From positions 1 through 17,129 of the forward strand of contig JBJHCF010000066.1 of NCBI GenBank assembly GCA_050506795.1: a stretch of 17,129 nt of DNA, in the 5' to 3' direction. The DNA comes from Opitutia bacterium (lineage in GTDB: Bacteria > Verrucomicrobiota > Verrucomicrobiia > Opitutales > T3Sed10-336). Both the position numbers and the translations under genes were made by a program. Below the pieces are notes generated by a model. That model was not told where the DNA came from, did not search any database, and worked only from the letters and a program-made list of their open reading frames with translations. This document shows, piece by piece, positions 1-8,531 of this stretch; the first letter of the stretch is position 1, and each line of letters starts with the position of its first letter.

Positions 1-249
1 GTCCTCCGCAGCAGCCTGGCCAACGCCTTCGTGGCCACCTACTCCTTGCGCATGCGCGGCGACTGCCTCCGCTTCCAAGCCCAATACCTCCGCCGTATCC
101 GCCTCCCGCGCTGGTCGACTCTCTCCGGTGAGCTCCAAACCACCCTCAAATCCCTCGCCGAATCCAACGACATCCCACGAATCGAGGATACCGTTCGTTC
201 ACTCTACGGTCTCGACGAAGCGGATTGGAACGCACTGCGCACTGACTGA
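1..249 (+). CDS. C-terminal end (5'-partial) of a PaeR7I/XhoI-type adenine DNA methyltransferase (type II R-M)
   Basis: Frame 1 is open from base 1: VLRSSLANAFVATYSLRMRGDCLRFQAQYLRRIRLPRW...LYGLDEADWNALRTD, stop TGA at 247-249. 'FVATYS.xMRG..LRFQAQYLRRIR.PRW' and 'LYGL' match the C-terminus of M.PaeR7I-family enzymes as I recall it. The gene lies 15 bp upstream of a PaeR7I-family endonuclease. Confidence 0.9.
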   Translation, partial: VLRSSLANAFVATYSLRMRGDCLRFQAQYLRRIRLPRWSTLSGELQTTLKSLAESNDIPRIEDTVRSLYGLDEADWNALRTD

Positions 250-264
250 TAACCGCCGACGAAC

Positions 265-999
265 ATGCCAAAAGCCGATTACTCCGACTCGATTCGAAAA
301 GCGGTCCGGTCTTACTGGAAAAGTAAGAACACCGCTCTCAAAAAGAATCAAGCGGGTCAAAGAGTCGACCAAGGGCGCCGAGGCGCGGCCACCGCCGGAA
401 AAAACTTCAACGGCTTCGCGAAAATGTTTGCCGCACTCGCGCAGAAATATGGTGGCAATTCACTCGAAATCTACGACAACAAGACACATGTTGTCCTCCC
501 CGGCCATTTCCGTCCGAGCAAGCAATGGGACTTGGTGCTGATCGATAAAGGCCGACTCATCGCGACACTGGAATTCAAAGCGCTCGGCGGCCCATCGTTC
601 GGCAACAACGCCAACAACCGCTGCGAAGAAGCCCTCGGCTCCGGGACCGACCTCTCTGTCGCCCAGCGCGAAGGCCGCTTCGGAGCCGGCGCCAACCCCT
701 TTATCGGCTATTGCATCCTCGTCGAAGACGAAGATAACTCCCGCTGCGTCCCCAAACGCGGCAACCCCTCCATTCACTTTGCGTCCGATCCCGTTTTCCG
801 CACAGCATCCTATCAAGAGCGCATGCGTATCCTCTGCGAACGCATGGTCCAGGAGCGCATCTACACCGCCGCCGCTGTTATTGCCTCACCGCCCAACGCC
901 GCCAAATCCGGTCTATTTACCGACCTGTCCACCGCCACCTCACTGAACCAACTGATAGCCCGGTTTCTCTCCCACGTTGAGATTGAGACCACCGGATGA
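265..999 (+). CDS. PaeR7I/XhoI-family type II restriction endonuclease
   Basis: 244 aa with family hallmarks DQGRRGAATAGKNFNGF, LPGHFRPSKQWDL, EFKALGGPSFGNNANNRCEEALG and ILCERMVQERIYTAA. The PD-(D/E)XK catalytic residues (WD...EFK) are intact. Confidence 0.92.
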   Translation: MPKADYSDSIRKAVRSYWKSKNTALKKNQAGQRVDQGRRGAATAGKNFNGFAKMFAALAQKYGGNSLEIYDNKTHVVLPGHFRPSKQWDLVLIDKGRLIATLEFKALGGPSFGNNANNRCEEALGSGTDLSVAQREGRFGAGANPFIGYCILVEDEDNSRCVPKRGNPSIHFASDPVFRTASYQERMRILCERMVQERIYTAAAVIASPPNAAKSGLFTDLSTATSLNQLIARFLSHVEIETTG

Positions 1000-1037
1000 A
1001 AAACTATGCGTGAAACCATTGCCTATCAAGACCACAC

Positions 1038-1071
1038 GATCCAGATACTGCGGTACCTTCGTATCTCAATC
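1038..1071. promoter_or_regulatory. Interrupted 34-bp palindrome upstream of the giant TPR-PIN gene (possible operator or hairpin)
   Basis: GATccAGATACtgcGGTACCttcGTATCTcaATC has dyad symmetry about a central GGTACC. It lies in the 114-bp gap between the endonuclease stop and the ATG at 1114. Confidence 0.4.
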
Positions 1072-1113
1072 AACTGTCGAAGCAAAACTTGCGTGATTAC
1101 AACATGATTATCG

Positions 1114-4100
1114 ATGGAGCCAATTCTCACATCATTTGCCATTAGTATTGGTACGAATGCGGCGATAGAAGCGATCGTAAGGCATAAAATTCAGTGTGCA
1201 GAACTGAAGGAGGCGGATGCCAGAGCACTACTCAAGCGAAACGAGATGTTCGTTGACTTCGAGAAACTCCTGAAACCACATGTCGACGAAGTTTTTAGTC
1301 AATTCGAGGTCGCGAAGGATCTGAACGACTTTCTATTGAGCGAATCTGCACGGAAAGAGCTATCGACTGAGATTCGTCGGCAGGCGGCCGAAAGTGAATG
1401 GTCGCGGCAAGCTGCGATCTCCGCGCTAACAGTTCCGGAGGATTTTGGGTTAATGCCTGAGTTGGAGAAATTTGTAGATGGACTAATCAACGCGGTCCAA
1501 CGGACAATCGCCAGGGATCAGATCCGTTGGAACGAGGCAATTATAAAGGCCATTGGTAAAATCCTGGTTGGTATCGATGAACTTAAGGAGGGCCAAGCTG
1601 ATATTGATGAGAAATCGGACGCCATTCTCAAAGAAGTCCATAGTTTAGGAGAACAACGACCTGCGATAAATCTTTCCGTCACCCAAAATCAGACGAATGT
1701 ATTTATGGGGCCTTCCATCCCTGAATCGCTCTCCGATGAGCTGGCAGCGGAGAGAAATCAGAGGCTTGATGAAATTCAGGATTTGCTACGAAGAGGGCGG
1801 AGTGGTGGTGCTGAAGCAAGGTTGCGAGAGTTGAGAAACACCCGCAGTTGGGAACATTTGCCGACAAAGGTGAAGGTTCGAGCGCTTCGGATGCATGCGG
1901 GCCTGGCACTCAGTGCTCGGGATGATGCCGTTCTTGCGGAAGAGCTTCTTGATGAGGCAAATAAACTGGATCCGGGCGCTCCGTCACCGTTTCATCAAGC
2001 GCTTCTTCTTCTGCATAAGGGCAAACTCGACGAAGCTTTAAGGGAGGTCAGCAGCCCTTCAAAATTAGATGAGTGGCACCTCAAAACAGCCATTCTCATC
2101 AACTTAGGGAAGCCACAAGAGGCCATCGACTTAATGTCCAAATCGGCATTCGACAGCAACGCTGAAACTTTTCGACTCAGAGCAATCGCCCAACTGATTC
2201 TCAAAAAGCCGTCTGAAGCCAAACGCCATGTGGATGAAGCGCTCGAAGCTTCCCCGGAATGGTTCAGTGTTAGAGAGACAGCGGGAAAGGTCTATTTCTA
2301 CTCAGCAATTACTACAACGTCGCCAGAATGGGGGCTTTGGGAGGCCCCTCCACCGACTAGGCTTGAATTTGTCAAGCTTGATCCCGAAAGCCAACAGTCG
2401 CTACAGAAGGCCGAGGCAATATTTAATGGACTGGCGTCCACCGAGGGAGTCGCAGAACGCGCACGTCTGCAGATGCGCATTTGGCGAATGGGATGCCTTT
2501 TCAACATGCCTGAAAGGCGGGCAGAGGCAGAACGGCTCTGCATTTCACTGCTCGAAGAAGCTCGGCTATCTTTTCCTGTGATAGCCTGGGCCATTGAAAA
2601 AGGAGTGGATTTTGACCATAAAAGTGTGCTGGAGGTCCTGGAGCAGGCGATATCGGAATCACCTGATATTCCCCATATTCAGACACGTTTCTTCCTGCTC
2701 TGCAGCCAACACAACTACGAAGAAGCCGGCAAACTCTTGGATAAGTTTCGCCACCTTTATGAGGAATCCTTGGCGTTCTCCGCTTGGGCATCTCAACGAA
2801 TCCAAATAGCGACGCTAAATGGCGAGACCACCTTGAGATCTGAGCTCCTGGCGCAAGATACCGCGGGAGAATTGAAAGGTGTGGCCGCCCAAGTTCAGGG
2901 CAGGAAAGATGGCTGGTCACCAGATGTGCTGCTCGAACTCGATCACGCCTTCCAGGAGTCGCAGCGGCCCGAAGACCTTTTCGCTGCTTGTGAAGCCCAC
3001 TGGTTCGCACGCGATTTTCAATTCATCCTTCAGCATACGGAGCAATTGTTGGCAGCATTCCCAACCGAAGCGACCCTTCGACTCGTGCTGGATTCGGCAT
3101 TTCGCTCGGGCGATCCTAAGCTGTGCCACACGCTGACGGAAAAGCATCAAGCGCTGCTGTCCGGAGGTATTTTCTCAGGTTCGATGAGACGGCTCCGATC
3201 TCGCTGCCTGTATTTGTTAGGGCGTTTCAGTGACGCCCGAGAGGAGTTGCGCCAGATTCAGACGGATGAGATTTCCTCAGAGGACAAATTCCACCTCTTC
3301 GACACGCAGCTGAAGTCTGGAGATCCCCATGGTGCGATTATTACTGCCAGGGAGTTGCTAGGTGCCCAAGACCTCACCGTGGATGGGCTGATCCATATTG
3401 CTGAGAGGGTTCGACCGGAAGATATGCACCTCGCAAGGGAGGCATTTCGGCGAGCGGAGGCGAAAGGAATCGACAATCCAATTACGGCAGCACGCGCAGT
3501 ATACGTTGGATTCAGGCTGGGGGAAGATGATCGATTGAAGGAAGTTCTCCGTCTTGCCACAGAGGGGGCTGGTGCTCCTGGTGCTCCTATGCAGGCTGTC
3601 AACCTGGAGCAGATCCTTGGCATAATGACGGATAATCGAGCTGCAGAGGAGGAAAGGGAACGTGAGTATCGGGAGGGTAGGATTCCAATTCATTTACTTG
3701 CAAGCATGGTGGGGAACCCGCTCTCATTCCTGGTTTGGTTAGCGCCTGAAAATTGTCGGAAATCAAAACAACCCCTATCAAGGCATTGGTCCCTCAGAAT
3801 TCAACACGGCACGGTCCGGAAGTCCAGGATTCGGAACATAGAAGCGCCGACCGGAGGGATGTTTCTGGACGTCACCTCTCTTCTCCTCATGCACGAACTC
3901 GACCTATTGAGAGTTGTGGAACAGAACTTCAGCCCTCTGCTCATTTCATCCTCGGTCCTCGCTTGGCTGGATGAGGAAATCGCCACAGTCACTGGCTACC
4001 AATTATCGCGGGAGACAGCCCAGAGGCACGCTAATAGTATCATTGATTCAGGTCTTCTCGAAATTATCGATGTAGAGTTTCTTGAACCCATTGATGACTA

Positions 4101-7100
4101 TACAGTCGGAGACCAGATGGGTGACGAGTGGTCACGACTAGCAAAACAAGCAATTAACCAAGATGGGTGGATCGTCGCATTTATCCCCCCCATGAAGTCT
4201 GGGATCACTGGAGAGCCTGCTGATTTGCCCGACAACGTTCGGTCATTGGTCTGTGACGCAGCATCCATTTGTAATGCACTTCATGCAGCCGGAAGATTAT
4301 CAGCACAGGAAATTGAAGAAGTGCTAGAGAAATTGGGTACACCTCAAACCGAAGGCGCTTCAATGGAGAACGATGAGAGTGACTCCGAAGACGAAGAAAA
4401 TTCTTCCGAGGAAGCAAAGTCTCCGCACCCCACGGTGATCCTGCGGGAGGGGCAGACCATAGTTTTACAGACAGGTCAGCTGGAGCAACTCGCTTACGCC
4501 GGTGCGCTTGGGCCGTTGGTCTCTTATGCGAACGTCGTAGTCGGGAAGGATGAAGTTGGTCGGATCAAGGAAGCGTTGGTCGAATTCGACATCCGAAGGA
4601 GGGCCCATGAGAAATTGAAGCACCTCCGCCAACACATCCGGCTGAAGATTGAGGGCAATATCTACTCAGAGCTCTCGGTGGACCATCTTGGGGCTGAGGA
4701 GCTACCTAAAACACAACGAACGCTCATTCGATGCCTGAAAGATGCTGTCGACACCGAGAGAACCGACGACATTTGGACATGTATCGATGACCGAATGTTG
4801 GGCCGATTCAAGAAGGTTGGACGATCGCCGATTGTGGGCACGATCGATCTCCTGGAATTCCTCGGAAGGCGAGGAGCGCTATCGCGAACAGAGCTGCTGA
4901 ACATCCATCATCGCCTCCGGTTAGGGAACGTCAGGTATCTGAACACAACAGCGGAGGAACTAATCGAGCAGCTTGGTCGAACCCAGATTCAGAACGGGTC
5001 CATCGTGGAAACCGTGGAACTCGCTACGATTCGGAAGTACTTCGCCGGCTGCCTTGCTGACGAAGCATCGCTACAGCGATTACCCGCAGACCATCCTAGG
5101 GCTAAAGTCTTGTCGGAGGCACTATTTTTGATGAGGCAGTATAATGTGGTGCTCGAAACGATAAGAAGCGTATGGGGAAGTGCCGATCTCTCAAAGGAAA
5201 AGCAAAGCGCCTACTCGGAATGGCTACTTGAGTCGCTTTGGTTCGATTCAGTCGGTCTGCCAGCACTAATAACGGAGTTTCAAGGTTCGGACAAACTTGT
5301 CGGACTCGCCCTTAGCCAGATTTTTTCCATCGGATTTCACCTTCCAGGAGTCTTTGACGACGGCGGGAGGGCTAAACAATTCTGGCACTGGCTCTTTTCT
5401 CGCATCGGAATCGAACCTAGTCGCTGGAACTCCGTCCTAGAATCCGTAAAGAAGGGAATCTTTGAGGTTGCTCGCAATTCAGGCAGCACAGATAAGCTCT
5501 TTATTTTCGGTGTAATGCATAGCAGCCTGACTAACTCAGTTCCTCGAATTTTGCTCCCAGCTCTTTCTCTTAGTGAAGAGGAATCACGGATTCTGAAAGC
5601 TGAAGATGCCAAATCAATCGAACTGGGACCGCATACGTTTTCCACTAATCTTTTTGGGGAATGCTGCGAAAAGGCTCTGGACGGCCAAGAGTCGTTCATT
5701 GAGACGCAGGGCTCTGAACCAAAGAAATTCAAGATGAGGATTGAAGAAAGCGGTGCCGATGAGGAAGAGGTGTTGACGATGGTCTTCGAGCCCGAATGTG
5801 GCGGTAAAAGTTTCAGATTGAGCAACGGGATGTTGTGTCTCCTACAACGTGATTCGGAGAGGCGAAAACACGCTCTGCAGAAGCTCCGCCAAACTCTCGA
5901 TCTCTCAAGGGAAGAGTCCACACCTGCTTTCGAGGTGATACTCAGCCTTAGCGAACCTGGGAGTCGAATCGAAGCATACACCGAACTGGAGAACAAAGCT
6001 TTTACGAAGCACCTTCGAGTGATTGCGTTTCAGCTAGGTGGCAGTGGACATCTCAATCTAGAGACATTGCGACCGAAGGGGGTAGAAATGATTCTTCACC
6101 ATTTGAGGCTCAAGAAAGGTCTCATGTGGCCACAGCTATGCGAGACGTTAGGCCAAGGTGCACAAACGCTGCTCAAAGATGAGGGATTTCAGGAGGCATT
6201 TTTCAGATTCTCCAGCCTCCCATTTCCTCTACCAGAGAACATTCGGGAGGCCTATTCGTCCTTAAAGGCGGAGGAACGGGCAGAATTCGCGGTTGTTGCT
6301 GGAAATGTCGTTTCAAATCCTCTGCTGGCTCTGCACACGGCTTCGGTCCTTTTGGAGGGAGACGCTAACGAACGGGCCAAGGGATTGGAGTTACTTTGTG
6401 GGGTGAGTCAAAATGAGAGCTTCGAGATGCTCAAGTATTTTGGGCACGTCCTTCGCTGGGCGTTTTCCTGCCTGTGTCACGATCAAAACGGCGATTTCGA
6501 AACGCTTGATTATGTTTTAGCCGCTTGGATCTATACCGGCCGGCTGGATCAAATCCCACGTGTTCCGCGAGACTTAGACGGCGCAGGTTCCTACTTCAAA
6601 AGCAACACACCGACTGCGGCAAAGTTCGCATTTTCGCCTGGGCTTCTGCGTGGAGATTCCCGTATTCACCCTCTCTGGTTTGAACCAGTGGTACTCCAAC
6701 TGGGGGGCGTTTCTCAGCTTCTGCCCCCTGACACAGTTCCCCATTCCATAGCGGAAAGGATTGGGAACGCCCTCTATCCACTCTGTTTTCCAATAGTGGA
6801 GCTACCTGAGCTACCCTCGATATTGATAACCCGAATGGGGGGAAATTATTCTCAGGCAACGGAAAGCTACCTGGAAACAGATCGCCTTTCAAGACTTGCC
6901 AAATTGCCCGGTTTAGAGCATTTAGAAAAAGCTATTGATCCGGCTAGAGGCGAAGAATTGGTTAGCCTTTTGGAGCGCCTCAAGAATTTTCCGAGCAATG
7001 CTGACCATTGGCTCCTCGTGACCGGTATTATAGGAAAATCCGCGCTAACACCTCAGCAAGTCGATCTGTTGGTCGATGCAATCAAAGAAATTAGATTTGG

Positions 7101-7488
7101 AGACGTCGCTGAATCTCCCAATCAGGTTACTGGAATTGGAATGGCTGTATTTGAATTAGCTCAACTTCCAGAATTAAAGAGAACCGAGGTCGATTGGCAA
7201 AGCTTACTAGAGTCGTTTGGAGATGTTGTTCTTTCACGCGATTTTTCAGGGAGTGATCGAGCTATAGAAGTGTTCATAAATGCGTCGTATTGTGTTGGGG
7301 TGTCGCCTGACGCGAGTGAAGAAGAAAATGTCAATGGATTTGTCAACGCGGTCAGACCGGTGATTGGTAAAAGGACGCGCGGCATGAATCTTTTGCGGCA
7401 AGCGCTCTTTCGGATAGCAAGTCGTCAGTCGAGCGGTGTCAGTGCGCCCTTGTGGCAGCTCATTAATGAATCGCGGGAGTTTTTTTAA
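1114..7488 (+). CDS. 2124-aa TPR-repeat protein with PIN-like nuclease region(s); probable anti-phage/conflict protein
   Basis: Uninterrupted 6.4-kb ORF. TPR-like helices span ~1740-3590 (e.g. AETFRLRAIAQLILKKPSEAKRHVDEALEASP; LRSRCLYLLGRFSDAREELRQI). PIN N-terminal motif MFLDVTSLLLMHELDLL starts at 3859. PIN C-terminal motif WTCIDDRMLG...VGTIDLLEFL..RGALS lies at ~4775-4885. No Walker A found. Composition is lower in GC than the host genes (hand counts: 29/60 at 2041-2100, 24/60 at 7141-7200, versus 47/60 at 9361-9420). Confidence 0.8.
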   Translation: MEPILTSFAISIGTNAAIEAIVRHKIQCAELKEADARALLKRNEMFVDFEKLLKPHVDEVFSQFEVAKDLNDFLLSESARKELSTEIRRQAAESEWSRQAAISALTVPEDFGLMPELEKFVDGLINAVQRTIARDQIRWNEAIIKAIGKILVGIDELKEGQADIDEKSDAILKEVHSLGEQRPAINLSVTQNQTNVFMGPSIPESLSDELAAERNQRLDEIQDLLRRGRSGGAEARLRELRNTRSWEHLPTKVKVRALRMHAGLALSARDDAVLAEELLDEANKLDPGAPSPFHQALLLLHKGKLDEALREVSSPSKLDEWHLKTAILINLGKPQEAIDLMSKSAFDSNAETFRLRAIAQLILKKPSEAKRHVDEALEASPEWFSVRETAGKVYFYSAITTTSPEWGLWEAPPPTRLEFVKLDPESQQSLQKAEAIFNGLASTEGVAERARLQMRIWRMGCLFNMPERRAEAERLCISLLEEARLSFPVIAWAIEKGVDFDHKSVLEVLEQAISESPDIPHIQTRFFLLCSQHNYEEAGKLLDKFRHLYEESLAFSAWASQRIQIATLNGETTLRSELLAQDTAGELKGVAAQVQGRKDGWSPDVLLELDHAFQESQRPEDLFAACEAHWFARDFQFILQHTEQLLAAFPTEATLRLVLDSAFRSGDPKLCHTLTEKHQALLSGGIFSGSMRRLRSRCLYLLGRFSDAREELRQIQTDEISSEDKFHLFDTQLKSGDPHGAIITARELLGAQDLTVDGLIHIAERVRPEDMHLAREAFRRAEAKGIDNPITAARAVYVGFRLGEDDRLKEVLRLATEGAGAPGAPMQAVNLEQILGIMTDNRAAEEEREREYREGRIPIHLLASMVGNPLSFLVWLAPENCRKSKQPLSRHWSLRIQHGTVRKSRIRNIEAPTGGMFLDVTSLLLMHELDLLRVVEQNFSPLLISSSVLAWLDEEIATVTGYQLSRETAQRHANSIIDSGLLEIIDVEFLEPIDDYTVGDQMGDEWSRLAKQAINQDGWIVAFIPPMKSGITGEPADLPDNVRSLVCDAASICNALHAAGRLSAQEIEEVLEKLGTPQTEGASMENDESDSEDEENSSEEAKSPHPTVILREGQTIVLQTGQLEQLAYAGALGPLVSYANVVVGKDEVGRIKEALVEFDIRRRAHEKLKHLRQHIRLKIEGNIYSELSVDHLGAEELPKTQRTLIRCLKDAVDTERTDDIWTCIDDRMLGRFKKVGRSPIVGTIDLLEFLGRRGALSRTELLNIHHRLRLGNVRYLNTTAEELIEQLGRTQIQNGSIVETVELATIRKYFAGCLADEASLQRLPADHPRAKVLSEALFLMRQYNVVLETIRSVWGSADLSKEKQSAYSEWLLESLWFDSVGLPALITEFQGSDKLVGLALSQIFSIGFHLPGVFDDGGRAKQFWHWLFSRIGIEPSRWNSVLESVKKGIFEVARNSGSTDKLFIFGVMHSSLTNSVPRILLPALSLSEEESRILKAEDAKSIELGPHTFSTNLFGECCEKALDGQESFIETQGSEPKKFKMRIEESGADEEEVLTMVFEPECGGKSFRLSNGMLCLLQRDSERRKHALQKLRQTLDLSREESTPAFEVILSLSEPGSRIEAYTELENKAFTKHLRVIAFQLGGSGHLNLETLRPKGVEMILHHLRLKKGLMWPQLCETLGQGAQTLLKDEGFQEAFFRFSSLPFPLPENIREAYSSLKAEERAEFAVVAGNVVSNPLLALHTASVLLEGDANERAKGLELLCGVSQNESFEMLKYFGHVLRWAFSCLCHDQNGDFETLDYVLAAWIYTGRLDQIPRVPRDLDGAGSYFKSNTPTAAKFAFSPGLLRGDSRIHPLWFEPVVLQLGGVSQLLPPDTVPHSIAERIGNALYPLCFPIVELPELPSILITRMGGNYSQATESYLETDRLSRLAKLPGLEHLEKAIDPARGEELVSLLERLKNFPSNADHWLLVTGIIGKSALTPQQVDLLVDAIKEIRFGDVAESPNQVTGIGMAVFELAQLPELKRTEVDWQSLLESFGDVVLSRDFSGSDRAIEVFINASYCVGVSPDASEEENVNGFVNAVRPVIGKRTRGMNLLRQALFRIASRQSSGVSAPLWQLINESREFF

Positions 7489-7649
7489 GCACCAGGACGG
7501 ACAATGGGGTCACGCCGTTGTTTGTTGATTTCTTCATCGGTTTTCCTGACGACGATAGTTCCGTGGGATTGGTAAAAAGAGCTGATGGTCATACTCAACA
7601 GGAAGGCTCTGGTCTAAAAGTCCTCACGCAAAAAGTCGCAGACCCTTCA

Positions 7650-7766
7650 CTACAGGACCCTGACTCCCGGGTAGGTGGGAATGGTTTGGTCCGACGTAAG
7701 GATTTCGAGCTTTCGCTCGAGGGCAGTGGCGATAATGAGGCGGTCAAACGGGTCTCTGTGTAAAGG
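7650..7766 (-). pseudogene. vapC: 5'-truncated VapC (PIN domain) toxin remnant
   Basis: Minus-strand translation PLHRDPFDRLIIATALERKLEILTSDQTIPTYPGVRVL* carries the classic VapC C-terminal motif H.DPFDR.IIA.A...LT.D. It has no start codon and no homologous N-terminal part. It ends CTG TAG TGA, consistent with the usual terminal Trp (TGG) having mutated to TAG. Confidence 0.85.
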
Positions 7767-7802
7767 CGATCCGCGGTTGCGGTCCGGGACAAACGGCCCA
7801 GA

Positions 7803-8531
7803 ATGAAAAGCATGAACTCACTCGAGGGAAAGGTGGCGATCGTGACCGGCGGAAACAGCGGCATCGGCCGGGCGATCGCGGAGGCGTTGGCCGCTGCCGG
7901 GGTTCGGGTCATGGTCGCCGGACGGCGGGAAGAGGCCAACCGGAAGGTTGTCGGTGAGCTGCGCGAAAAACACGGCGTCGATGCCGAGGCCATGACGACC
8001 GACGTCGCCATCGAAAGCGACTGCGTTAGCCTCATCGCGAAAACGCGCGAAAAGTTCGGACGACTCGATATCCTGGTCAACAACGCCGGTATCGGCGGAT
8101 GGGGAACCATCGTTGAAACCTCCACCGCGGACTTCGACCGCGTCCTGAAGACCAACCTCTACGGCGCCTTCTGGTGCGCCAGGGAAGCCTTTCGCGCCAT
8201 GTCCGAGAATCCGGAGGAAGCCGGAATCCGAGGCGCAATCGTGAACATTTCCTCCATCGCCGGAAAGGAAGCCTGGAGCGGGACCGGCACGTATTCGGTT
8301 TCCAAATTCGGTATAATGGCGCTGACCCAAACCCTTGCCGACGAAGGCAAAGCCCTCGGAATTCGCGCCACCGCTGTGTGTCCGGCCCTGGTCGCCACTC
8401 CCATGACCAACGCCTCCAGAAGCGAAGCGCTCCTGCCGGAGGACATCGCGGAAACCGTCCTTTACCTCCTCCGCCTCTCCCCCGCCGCCTGGCCCACCGA
8501 AGTCGCCCTCCCGCGCCGGGGCGCGGAGTGA
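7803..8531 (+). CDS. SDR family NAD(P)-dependent oxidoreductase
   Basis: Motifs TGGNSGIG, NNAG, the NISS catalytic Ser region and YSVSK (YxxxK). An alternative start ATG lies at 7812. Confidence 0.93.
   Translation: MKSMNSLEGKVAIVTGGNSGIGRAIAEALAAAGVRVMVAGRREEANRKVVGELREKHGVDAEAMTTDVAIESDCVSLIAKTREKFGRLDILVNNAGIGGWGTIVETSTADFDRVLKTNLYGAFWCAREAFRAMSENPEEAGIRGAIVNISSIAGKEAWSGTGTYSVSKFGIMALTQTLADEGKALGIRATAVCPALVATPMTNASRSEALLPEDIAETVLYLLRLSPAAWPTEVALPRRGAE

Noticed and set aside
1..7488. No CTCGAG site seen in the island, versus three (7716, 7821, 13305) in the rest of the window
   Set aside because: Only about two sites are expected by chance in 7.5 kb, so zero is not significant. The scan was also done by eye.
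1114..7488. Calling the giant protein an Avs/STAND or NACHT NTPase
   Set aside because: No [GA]xxxxGK[ST] motif. The GKS occurrences (ECGGKSF, GIIGKSA) lack the correct spacing.
7518..7763. 81-aa plus-strand ORF in the track
   Set aside because: It has a TTG start and no recognisable motif, and its 3' half is the antisense shadow of the VapC remnant.
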